Assembly: GCA_030704615.1 (NCBI GenBank)
Contig: CM060731.1
Coordinates: 74,462,001 to 74,526,000, forward strand
From: Takakia lepidozioides
Lineage: Eukaryota; Plantae; Bryophyta
Length of the DNA stretch: 64,000 nucleotides
Reading direction: 5' to 3'
Below, in pieces: positions 24,900-36,602 of the stretch. Each line of letters starts with the position of its first letter. The first letter of the stretch is position 1. Made by a program: the position numbers and the translations under genes. Under the pieces are notes generated by a model. That model ran no database searches, was not told the origin of the DNA, and saw nothing but the letters and a program-made list of their open reading frames with translations.

Positions 24900-26170
24900 T
24901 GTCACGGTTTGGGTGCAAATGTATGATGTAGTCAACTGTTCTAGTAGTAGATTGGAAAACCAAGAATGTGCCTTTTTTCCTTGAGACCTCTTCAACATAT
25001 CCTAAAGGAGGCTGTGAGCTAGGCAATCCATGGAGCCGATGAGATTTTGAGTACCTAGGAAATACGATTTCTTTCCACTTCGCTTCATATCTGAACCCCA
25101 TCAGTCACACCCAGGCTTATTAAGGATATCTACAGTTATGTGTCTTTACATATCTAATAAGGGATGAACACATTCATTCTCGTGACATTCTCCCCCTCTC
25201 CAGAAACCTGATTGCCCTCGATGAGCAACCTAAGCCGCTTGGTTCCCACGTAGCTTCGCTCGCTGCGTAACCTTTCCAAGCAACAAGATACTCTTCACGG
25301 TATCCCTGTCCATACTTTTGTACCCGATAATCCAAGAAAGTTTCTATTTCATAAGCAGCATCACCTTCTATGAATCGTATAGGTTCTGGATGATGAGCCA
25401 CGGTAGGATCTATGGGTTCAACATATGGTTTTAACAAGCTAACATGGAAGACCGGATGAATTCGTAATTCAGCTAGCAACTTTAGCTTGTAAGCCATGAG
25501 ACCAATTCTTTTGATCACCTCAAAGGACCAATAAACTTTGGCACAAACTTTGGGGTAATAGTTGATGTCTTCAATTATAAAAAAATTATACGAAGAAACA
25601 CCTTCTCCCCTAGTTAGTATTCAACATGTCGTCGATGAAGATTGGCATACTTCAAGTCACACTTTTGTGCTTTTTGCAACGTATTGCGAGCCAACTCTAC
25701 TTGGGCTTGCCAAACGCCAACAAATTCACCAGCGGAAGGATTCTTTATCTTCTTTCGCTTTTGGAACAGTAGTTTGCAGTAGAACAAGATTATTGCCATA
25801 TACAAGCTGAAAGGGTGTGAACCCTGTAGACGAATGTAAGGAATTTATAAGTGAACTCAGCAGCTGGAAGACAATCTTCCCAATCTAACTGGTTTCAAAC
25901 GCTTACTACTGATCTTAACATTTCTTCAAGTATGCGATTCAATCGTTCAGTCTGACCATCAGTTTTAGGATGGAACGCCGTACTAATGTTCAGTTATACT
26001 CCCATTAGCTTAAACAACGTTTTTCAAAATTGACCAGTGAACTTTACATCATGGTCTGAGATAAGTTCCATAGACATACCATGATGTTGTAAAATCTCTT
26101 TGAAAATTTAGCTACTCCTGGAGCATTAACATGTACATTGGTAGGAACAAATGCGCTTGTTTACTTTAGC
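24900..26170 (-). mobile_element. Ty3/Gypsy chromovirus, 3' half: degenerate integrase, chromodomain, PPT, 3' LTR (24900-25187)
   Basis: IHPVFHVSLLKPY...YEIETFLDYR...EYLVAWKGYAASEATWEP; [18 protein letters not shown]; PPT tctccccctctc at 25189-25200; LTR ends tgtcacg...cgtgaca. Confidence 0.92.
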
Positions 26171-29100
26171 TGTGAAGCCTTAAAACAAGCCTGAAGCATA
26201 TACTCCTTTCCTCTCAAGAAGCGGAGTTGCACAACAAAGGGGCGAGCAGAAAAAGCAAGCAGCGCGCGAGAGGAGGATCAAACACACGAATCAGACACTA
26301 AGCAGCTCTCATCCAAAAACTTGTACACCAAAATCACATATACAGCAACACCCGAGTACACCGCCCTGACCTTGTGTCAGGGCGCCGTCTTTATACAAAA
26401 GCCCTAACCGTAGTGGCCCACCGCGTGGCGAGGCATTATAGGCCCAAGCCCACAGTGCTGCCTTGCAGCCCTGGATCTAACGAAGGGCCAGGATCAAGCC
26501 ACCAGCCTAAACTAACCCTAACCTAAACATCATTGTAACGGATTAACGGCTTTATACGCCAAAAAAATATACGATGAATGTGTATCGCCGTTTTGGATGA
26601 AACGGGTAAATCTGTGATGAGGAAAGTTTGGGGCATCACATCTGTGAAGCCTACCCCCCACGAAAAATCCTAAGCTCCGCGAAGTACAATATAAGAAATA
26701 ATAAGTAAATGTTGGGGATAAAATCACCCTCCACTGCTGGGTGAAAAACCTACCAAAGGAAAACCTGGCACCTGCAAATTGGGCCGAGGACAAAACCTTT
26801 GGCTAGGAAAATCGTGCAGGGAGTACACGTGGTGACATATCATAGGTTTACAAATGCATCAAGAGCTAGAACAAAAGGCCAGAAAAGCCGTAAAGTGCCA
26901 GATCCGCAAGCTAATACTAATCCGCGGAAGAAGCCAATCTGAAGAAGATTAAGACATCATCCCACTGTACGTCCCTCCACATTGATGCACGTAAGATCAA
27001 AGACCAGCTCGGAATGCACCAGATCCGTGAGAGAAACGGATTCATCATGCGCGTGGACATTGAACCCCTGTGGAAGAAGGAGAGCATGTCGCCCACGTAA
27101 AAGCTCATAGATCAAGTATGGACCGTCGATCTTAAGCTTAGATTTGCATACATGCTTACCATGTTGCAGCCAAATGCACACGGTCTGTCCCACCTGAAAA
27201 AGGTTAGAATACTTGACATGCTTGTTACAATTACGGGCTTGGGTGAGCTGAGCCTTGCCAATGTTCGTCTTGGACACCGCATGCCGAGCATGAAGATCCT
27301 CAACAAAGGTCTCAAGATCAACTGGCTCAGCTACAGTAGAAATAAGAGGGGTAGAATGCAAAGGAGAAACACACTTGCGACCATACAACAACTCAAAATG
27401 AGTCTTCTTAGTGCTAGCATGCACGGCGGTGCAATAAGCAAAGAGAGTAGGGGGAAGAAAGGTATCTCACTCCCTGGTAAGTGCGTCATTCTTCTCCAAC
27501 ATGCGGCAAAGAGTTTGGTTAAAGCGTTCCGTAAGGCCATTGGTTTGGGGATGGTATGGGGCTGTGGTGGAATGTTTGACACCAAAGTTGAAGCACACCA
27601 CCGTGAGGAGCTGGTTACAAAACTCCTTGCCCTGATCCGTTAGTATCTTCCGAGGACACCCATGTCGCATAAGGATCTCATTGAAGAAGAACTGAGCTAC
27701 AACATCACTAGCCTTGGAACGCAAAGATCGGACTTCTACCCACTTAGTCAAGTAGTCGGTAGCAACACAAAGGTAGCTTCGACCCTTTGATGTGAGTGCG
27801 AGGGGTCCTACCAAGTCAATGCCAACACGAGCAAAAGCATGGGTGACAGACAAAGGCTGCAGCTCATACAAGATCCGGGCCCTAGGGAGAGCAATGTTAG
27901 CACGACAACCTTCACATTTAGAGATGAACTCGGTGACGTCTCGGTGAATTCCCAACCAATAGTATACCTCTTGGATGCGGACCACAGTTTTCTTGATACC
28001 AAGGTGACCTGCATACAAAGAACAATGGAAACGCTCCAATAAAGCATTCAGCTGGCTCCGTGGTGGCACCTCCAAGTAGCATGGCACTCCTCATCGAGTG
28101 AGCTCCTTGAAAAGCTTATCACCCATAAAACGGTGAGTAGACACATGATAGAGAATTTGTTTACACAAGGACTCGGAAAGGCCAGCTGGCGAACGCCCTG
28201 ATTGGCATTGCTGGAGTAGCCCAACATGTAGCTGATCATCTATGACTGCACTGCACATAAGAGGTAGACAATGGGTTTTTAGAGAAGGTGGTCTGGAGTG
28301 TTTACCCCTATGATCTCCAGCCAGGGATACCTTCACCTCATTTGTTACTACTCATGGACAGCCAAGTCAGGCCTTGAGGCTCAAGCCAATAGTCACACCG
28401 TAGTGCAGCAGCCGAAATACAACAAACTCATGAGCCTATGAAAGAGAAGGACTAAAACACAATAGGGAACTTCCACCAAAACTTGTCCGAATTTTCGCGA
28501 AGCGATAGATCCACCACACATGCTAACACATGAATAAATCAGCCAGGATCATCCAATAGGCTGGACCAGCCCCAGGCAGACAATATGTCATGGGAATCCA
28601 GGGCCAAGGGTTGCTGATCTGCACAAAGAAGGTTGAGAAGAAGGACAGGATCAGGAGGAGGGGCAGCATCAGCAGCAACCAGGTCATCCAAGGTGAGCAT
28701 AGGCCTGCTGACAAGAGGATCAATCCGTGTGAGTGCATCAGCATTCGTGTTTTCCTTGCCTTTCTTGTAGACTATATCCATGTCAAACTCCTGCAGATAC
28801 ATAGCCCATCTAGCAAGTCTGCCATGAAGTTCCCTAGGCTTAATAAGAGCTTTTAGTGGAAGATGATCAGTTTCTACCACAAACCGGCTACCATGCAAAT
28901 ATTGCCGAAAATGCTTCACACCAAAGACCAGAGCTAGACCCTCCCTATCAGATATGGAATAATTCCTTTCATGACGATCTAGATGACGGGATGCATAAGC
29001 TATGACATGCTCCTTGCCTTCTACTACTTGACATAAGATTGCAGAGATGGCAACAACAGATGCATCAGTCTAAAGCAAGAAAGGTAACTCAAAGTTGGGA

Positions 29101-30570
29101 AACATCAGGATGGGAGCTGAGCACAAGGCCTTGCGAAGGGTGTCAAAAGCAGCCTGCTGGGAGAAGGTCCATTCAAACCTAGAGGGTGAGCAAGCTTAGC
29201 AAAATTCTTTATGAAGCGCCGGTAATAAGATGCCAGACCAAGGAAAGATTTGATACAACGTTTATCCCTGGGGATAGGATAGCCCCAAACAGACTCAAGC
29301 TTGGCAGGATCAGGAAACAAACCATCTTTGGACAGAATATGGCCAAGGAAGTGGAGCTCAGGCATGAATAGTTCATATTTCTTGGGCTTTACTTTAAGGC
29401 TTGCAGTGCGCAATTTGCTGAAGACACGCTGCAGATCAGATAAGTGAGCGTCAAAGCTGGCTGAGTAAACATTGATATCATCAACATAAATTAAAGCACA
29501 CTCCCAGCAAAGATTGCCCAAGACAATGTCCATGAGGCATTGGAAAGTAGAGGTGGCATTGCACAAACCAAAAGGCATGGTCTCATATTGGTACTTACCC
29601 ATACGACACACAAAGGAGGTATTTTCCTTGACTGCTTCAGTAAGAGGAACTTGCCAAAAACCAGATGCAAGATCAAGAGAGGAGAAAATTGTAGCACCAT
29701 GTAGTTGATCTAATGTCTCATTAATCCTGGGTAGAGGGTAGGCATCTTTTTTTGTGATGTCATTCAGCTTTCTGAAATCAACACAGAAGCGGGTTGTGCC
29801 ATCTTTCTTTCCAACTAAGACAATTGGACTAGCCCAAGGAGATACTGAAGGTTTAATCACACCAGCATCAAGCATCTTCTGGACTTCTTCTTGGATTATG
29901 TCACGTTCCTTGACACTCTCTCGGTAAGCAAATTGTTTAATATGAGCCCCTTCAGTGACAATGTCATGTTGAAGAATAGGAGTGCGTCGTAGGTCAGTGG
30001 ATCCCAACTGAAAATATCTAGATTCTTTGCAATAAGCACTTCCACCTTCCTCCTTTGTCTAGAGAAGAGAGTTGTGCCTAACTTGATTTCAGATAAAACT
30101 TTGGTGAGGGCCTTCTTACCTCCCAGGCTGAGATCAGGAACATGTAGTGGTGCAACTGCAGCAAAGGCAACAACCGTATCTAAGGGGCCATGTTGGATGT
30201 CAATGGCCTCAAGACCAAAACCAGCCTACACCTCTTGTATGTCAGTAATGGGAAGAGCAGTGATGCGAGCCAGAATCTGCCCCTTTTTAATAGTCATAAG
30301 GAAGCGTTCAGGATTAGCAATCATGATCTTAACCTCCTGTCTATATCCTCTATCAAAAACACCAGTGGCCACCAGACAGTGCTTAAGAGCAGTCAATCTC
30401 CTCCAACCCTCAACTTCTAGGAAATGAGCAGCGGGACACAAGAAAGCCAGACCAGACTTGACCACCCTTTGGGTCAAGGCAGGGATGATAATGTTGAGAG
30501 GTGCACGAATTAGAGTAGAATTCTTTGGAATAACTATGGGCACCCCTATCCTATCCCTAGCACCAGAACA
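26171..30570 (-). mobile_element. Nested non-chromodomain Ty3/Gypsy, 5'-truncated: dUTPase-like, RT, RNase H, integrase, 3' LTR (26171-26640)
   Basis: RT (WASPIVLVGKKDGTTRFCVDFRKLN, MPFGLCNA, YVDDI); RH (FVVETDHLPL, RLARWAMYLQEFD, NADALTR); INT (H..LYAGHLG, CEGC, GIDLVGPL, TDQGKEF, YHPQTNGLTERFN, GPY); LTR tgtga...tcaca; multiple stops and frameshifts. Confidence 0.9.
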
Positions 30571-32847
30571 TGTCACTTATATAAGAGTTGAAGATGAGGG
30601 CAGCAAAGGCGTGAGCAGAACCCGTGAGCAGATTCCCTTATCCGTGAGCAGATTCCTCCAAGCGTGAGCAAATTGTAAGCGTGAATAGATTATTGATGCG
30701 GACCCTAAAAGTGAGGGAACAAGTGGGCCTATTGCCGTGGACACAAACTCCACTGCAACGGCGCAATCTTCTCTCCATCGGACCGAAGACAGACATACTC
30801 CATGACGACAATGTGGCACGAATGTGCGATGAAAAACTGTCGGATGAATGTATCTATGATGAACGTAAAAGGGAATGGATGAACATTGGATGAATGTTGG
30901 ATGAGTGTCGGATGAAAAATTGCCCACATAAGTGAACCATGGATGATTGCAACAACATGTGCGCAGGGATCCATGTGTTGTTGAGTTTAAATAAGTGTAT
31001 TTTAATTTGGCGGAAGCTTAAATATTCCGGCCCAGAAGACCAGCCAGATTAAGGTGGCGTCACCGCCACCTTCATCTGGCACATTCAGAGGAGAAAAAAC
31101 AATAAACAATAATAATAAAAATTGTTTTTTTGTTTTTTGGAAAACTTGCAAATGAACCCAACCCCTATTTTGCAAGCAAAGGACCTGGCGTTTACCCAGC
31201 ATGGATTTCTGGTCACCTGGAAGAAGGACATGACAATGAATCATAAGCCAAACAATTTGTAGATGCCATTCACCCCAAATAGCACACCAGAAGACCAGCC
31301 AGATTAAGACTACACCTTAATCTAGCACATTCGGGGAAAATAAAAATAAAAATAAAATAATTTACTTTTACTTTTTTACTTTTTGAAAACTTGCAAATGA
31401 ACCCAGCCCTTGCTTTGCAACAAAAGACTTGGCGTTTACCTAGCATGGATTTTTGGTCACCTGGAAGAAGGACATGACAACAAATCATAAGCCGAGTAAT
31501 TTGTAGATGCCATTCACCCCAAATAGCACACCAAAAGACCAGCTAGATTAAGGTGTCGTTGAAGACACCTTAATCTGGCACATTCGGGGAAAATAATAAT
31601 AATAATAATAAAATTATTATTATTATTATTATTATTATTATTTTGAAAACTTGCAAATGAACCCAGCCCTTGCTTTGCAACAAAAGACCTGGCATTTACC
31701 CAGCATGGATTTTTGGTCACCTGGAAGAGGGACATGACAACGAATCATAAGCCGAGTGTAGGTGCCATTCATCCCAAATAGCACACCAAAAGACCAGCCA
31801 GATTAAGGTGTCGTTGACGACACCTTAATCTGGCACATTCGGGGAAAATAAAATAATAATAAAATAATTTTTTTTTATTTTTTATTTTTTGAAAACTTGC
31901 AAATGAACCCAGCCCTTGCTTTGCAACAAAAGACCTGGCATTTACCCAGCATGGATTTTTGCTCACCTGGAAGAAGGACATGACAACGAATCATAAGCCG
32001 AGTAATTTGTAGGTGCCATTCATCCCAAATAGCACACCAAAAGACCAGCCAGATTAAGGTGTCGTTGACGACACCTTAATCTGGCACATTTGGGGAAAAA
32101 TAAAATAAAACAAAATAATATATATATATTTATATATATTAGAAAACTTGCAAATGAACCCAACCCCTGCTTCGCAAGCAAAAGACCGTTTACCCAGCAT
32201 GGATTTCTAGTCACATAGAAGAAGGACATGACAATGAATCATAAGTTATGTGGTCCGAGCAATTTGTAGATGCCATCCACCCCAAATAACACACCAGAAG
32301 ACCAGCCAGATTAAGGTGTCGTTGACGACACCTTAATCTGGCACATTTGGGAAAAAATAAAATAAAAATAAAAATTGGAAAACTTGCAGATGAACCCAAC
32401 CCCTGCTTTGCAAGCAAAAGACCTAGCGTTTACCTAGCATGGATTTCTGGTCACATAGAAGAATGACATGACAACGAATCATAAGTTATGTGGTCCGAGC
32501 ACCATTCACCCCAAATAACACACCAGAAGACTAGTCAGATTAAGGTAGATTAAGGTGTCGTCAACGACACCTTAATCTGGCACATTCGGGGAAAAATAAA
32601 ATAAAAATAAAAATTGAAAAACTTGCAAATGAACCCAACCCCTGCTTTGCAAGCAAAAGACATGGCGTTTACCCAGCATGGATTTTTGGTCACATGGAAG
32701 AAAGACATGACAACAAATCATAAGTTATGTGGTCCGAACAATTTGTAAATGCCATTCACCCCAAATAGCACACCAGAAGACGTTACAGATGTCATGTTAT
32801 GCGGAGGCTGCAGCTTACAAATTTAGTCTCATCTCTTCTCTCCCTCC
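30571..32847 (-). mobile_element. LTR-like block (tgtcac...gttaca, 30571-32787) with adjacent polypurine tract; probable 3' end of a third LTR element
   Basis: TG...CA ends with imperfect terminal inverted repeats; truncates the dUTPase-like frame; minus-strand purine run ggagggagagaagagatgaga at ~32827-32847; no TSD. Confidence 0.5.
31030..32781. repeat. ~250-bp tandem repeat, ~7 copies, most with a ~36-bp palindrome and a variable A/T microsatellite
   Basis: Unit anchors (ca(c/t)cccaaata(g/a)cacacc) at ~31271, 31516, 31770, 32021, 32278, 32507, 32757; palindrome ccagattaaggtgtcgt-tg-acgacaccttaatctgg. Confidence 0.95.
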
Positions 32848-32850
32848 TGT

Positions 32851-35689
32851 GCATAGAGCACGGTAATCCACACACATCCGCTTGGTTTTATCTTTCTTAG
32901 TTACAAAGAGGATGGGAGAACCATATGGGGACTTATAGGGTCTTATAAAGCCTTTCTTTAATAGGTCTTCTAATTGCGTCTTAAGTTCTTTCAATTCTGC
33001 AAAACTTAACCTATATGGAGCTTTAGCCATGGGACTTGTCCCAGGTAACAATTCAATAGGATGATCTATATCCCTTGAGGGCACGGGGGGTCACTATATG
33101 TATTTTTTCCATATCACGTGCGTACAAAGGTATATTTATACTAGGCTATATTTTTAAAAATTTGCATTTTTTTCCACCCTATCTTTAGGTAATATTGTAA
33201 AACCCTTTGTTTTCTAATACCCTATTTTTCTTTATAATTTTATTTTGTAACAATCAATTAGATCATATTTTAAATTGTTTTTTTAATAATTGCAAAATTT
33301 CAAAGCATGTACACAAACAACATTCCATATATAAGTCAAATGCCGGACCTAAAGAAAAGTTTAATTTTCATTAGCCACGAACTCATTCAAAGCCGTAGCA
33401 TTACTTGGATTTAAAGAGTACAAATTCTGAGATGGTTCATAGTCACTGTTGAGATTATGGTCTCAACATCAATCCACTCTGTATCACTGGAATCATATTT
33501 GAACTTCAGGTGACCTCTACTTTTAGAAAATTCAAAAACACCATAATAGAAGAACTCCCATATTTGGGGAGAGCAGGCTTATTCATCAAATAAGCGTGAT
33601 GAATGAATGAAGTTTTGAGAAGATTTCATCCTGATGGATTAGAGTTGGATGAAATATGAGAAACTTCACAATGATGGATACATTACACTGTAGATAAAAC
33701 CCTTTATTACATTAACTTTTTAAGTAAAACTTTGGACTTTTTGTGATTTAAAAAAAAAAAAAAAAAACTAGGTGAAAGGATATTGCACTACTAAGTAAAA
33801 ATTTTCTAACATTTACCTCAAAAAAATAAACTACACCCTATATTTGTTCTCACGTGGTTTTGAAAATATGGGGAGTGACCCCCCCAAGCTTGAGGGAGAC
33901 AATTCGTTTGGTAGATCTTTAGGAAAGACATGATGAAACTCTTTCAACAAGGCCTCTGCTTCTGGAATTTTTTGCTTAGGTTTATCTTCTTTCTTATCTA
34001 CCAAATACAAAAAGCCTCTTGGTAAACCTTTTCTTACCTGCTTCTTGAATTGCAGTGCAGACAAAATTGTCTCTTGATCCTTCCTTATGGAGCTTGAAAT
34101 TTTAAGACAATGTTCCTTACTGTTTTTATCAAATAACTTAATAATATTTTTTTGACAATTAATTAGTGCCTTATGAGCTCTTAGCCATTCCATTCCTAGA
34201 ACAGCGTCATGTTCACCTAATGGCACTACTGAGAAAGAAACATTCTCTATTAATTCCCCTAGTTTAATGGGTAACTGGTTCACTACCAAAGAATATTCTC
34301 CAATTCTTCCCGTTACTAATTTACCACTTACTCCTTCAGGAGCTGTCTTAGTCCAAACCACTAACTTCTTGACTATCCTTTTAGACAAAAGATTATGGGT
34401 GGCCCCAGGAAAGATACTATTTTACCCAACATATATCCTCACAAATGAAGTAAGGAGGAATTACCAGTATTTAATATGGCATGTGTTATTGTTTCCTCGC
34501 TGACTTTGTTGCCAATTCCACTAGTACTCTCGGCAACTTCTTCCAGATTTCTTTGCCGCTTGACTCTTCTTGGCCGGCCCTTCTTTAAGGGAGGATGTAC
34601 TTGGAGGATTTTGTTATTACTTAATTGGTCTTTTCTTTTCTCCTCCGGAATTTTTAGTTCCCGGGATAAACTTAGCCTTAATGGGATTGCCTTTATTGAA
34701 TTTTGGCTTTTGCCTATCTAGTTCAATCACCTGCTTCTGATCAGAACCTAGATGTGGTAGCCCACCTGGTTTATTAAACCGTTGGTGCTTGCCATTTTTG
34801 CTAAAACTCCCACCTCTTTCTTGGCCCTGATCTCTTCGGACAAAAGTGTGAGATTTATCCCTATCTGCCATCAGAACATTGTTAGAAGTAGAAAAACAAG
34901 AACCAACGAATCTTGGCGATGCAATGGCCGACCGTTTGGAAATCCTCGATAACAATGTTCTGATGGCAGATAGGGATAAATCTCACACTTTTGTCCATAC
35001 TACTAAATGTTTTGCTTATAGAAGCTTCTTTTCCTTCTACTAAGTTCGTATTATAAGACGACTCCTCTTTTGAGCGTTCTAAAGCTTCTTTCAGCTCCTG
35101 ACGAGAAGCACGACGTTGAGCCCTTGCTTCAGCCTCGGCTACTCTTAATTGAGCCAATTCCTCAAAAGTATAGGATCGCTTTTGATCACTACCTTTCCAT
35201 GGCATCAGAATGAGACTATTCTGATTTAATCTTCCGTATAACCTCGTTGCTATCTAACATTCTCTTTCAATCAACTTCTTAAGTTGTTACTGATAGAACG
35301 TTACTTATAGCTTCAGGTCTTAGGATCTTCTTATTTCGCTCTGATACCAACTGTAATGAAACTACTAAAACTATTCCATTAATCCTAGAGACACAGCTTT
35401 CAGGTATTGAATACCTTTATAAAGAAAAAGACGTTGTTAGGTCTTTGTCTATGTATATACTTGTTCTTCCTCTCTCTTTGATACTCCCTAGTCTAGAGCT
35501 CATCTTCTAGATCCATTGTATCTCCCTTGCTCCTTCTCTCACTTTCAACCTTGGCAAACGAGATCTCTTGAGTCTTTTTCCGTTTCGCTTCACATCTGAA
35601 CCCCATCAGTCACACCCCTTACTAAATATATCTACAGTTATGTGTCTTTGCATATCTAATAAGGGATGAACACATTCATTCTCGTGACA
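32851..35689 (-). mobile_element. Ty3/Gypsy chromovirus-type 5' half: 5' LTR (35352-35689), tRNA-iMet PBS, deleted gag, protease, RT start
   Basis: PBS tggtatcagagc (35338-35349); protease VSFL-GATHNLLS lacking the catalytic D(S/T) residues, DAVLGMEWL; RT start DHPIELLPG...APYRLS...SPYGSPILFVTKKDKTKRMCVDYRAL. Confidence 0.9.
33082..33888. mobile_element. Non-autonomous TIR DNA transposon with 8-bp TSD (hAT- or P-like) inserted in pol
   Basis: TSD cttgaggg at 33074-33081 and 33889-33896; TIRs cacggggggtcact... / ...agtgacccccccaag; removing it restores ELSPSRDIDHPIELLPG. Confidence 0.88.
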
Positions 35690-35754
35690 GGTAGAAGCAG
35701 AGATTTGAAACCAGTTGGCTACCATGTACATACATCACAAAAATTGTGATTGTT

Positions 35755-35785
35755 GCCGTTGCAACGCAATCGGTCCCGTCCTAGT
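35755..35785 (+). mobile_element. Helitron-like 3' terminus
   Basis: gccgttgcaacgcaatcggtcccgtcctag|t: GC hairpin followed by CTAG-T, resembling plant Helitron ends; 5' end not identified. Confidence 0.45.
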
Positions 35786-36602
35786 AATAGAAATAAAGTG
35801 GAAAGTAAAAATCATTTTATAAGCAGAAGAAAAAACAAAATGTGCAATATTGAGGAGACACATTTTTGTGTACTGGCAACCCCGGTGCAGAGCTAATAGG
35901 AACCATGCCTTGGCATAAATATCTCTTCATGTACTTGTTGAAATTGAAGATCCAGCCCACCATCTGGACCATTAGCCAACTGAGCCATTATGGGGATTTC
36001 CTTTTACGCCGCATGTGGGTTGTTCATTTTGCAGCCTTGCACTCCTAAAGCCTCTCAGGTGAGTGTAGTCCATCTCACATTTCAACTGCCCAGATGACTT
36101 TCATCATGAATGGACTCTAGCTATTCAGGGTGGTGGTTGCAGAGAGCCTGTTGCGTTTTCCTCCTGAGAAACTCAGGTGGCCAACCTTCAGCTGGCTAGT
36201 CAATCTCACCAACTTACAAAAGCTTTGTAATCCATAGATGTGCCCAATCTTCTACAATGAATGTGTACAAAGTGCTCTTGACTTCAGCCAAGCTTCCCTG
36301 GCATGTTATTCCACAGCTCTTGGTTTCCAAGTTCTCATGATGATTTGTGTTCTCATGATAAGTGTTTGAATGACCTTGTTACAACTCTAAAAAAGGATTG
36401 GCTTGGTGGGGCCCCAGTGCCAGAACTACCTACAGGGCGAAAAATAAGAACTGCCTACAATTGAATTAGCCCCTTGCAATGAATGTTTCCATCCATGCCT
36501 AGAGAACAAAGCTTTGCATGTAGTCCCTAAAAAGGTGGCCACTTTGAAATCTATTGTTTTACTGTACTAGATGCTAACTTTACTTTCCAGCATCTTTTAT
36601 GA

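Noticed and set aside
31002-32417. Repeated small minus-strand ORFs (NPCWVNARSF.../MICCHVLLPG...) as a peptide family
   Set aside because: Frames shift with microsatellite length from unit to unit, so they are by-products of the repeat.
31030-32781. CRISPR-like array (regular palindromes with spacers)
   Set aside because: The spacers are near-identical copies of each other, there are no cas genes, and the context is eukaryotic; this is a tandem repeat.
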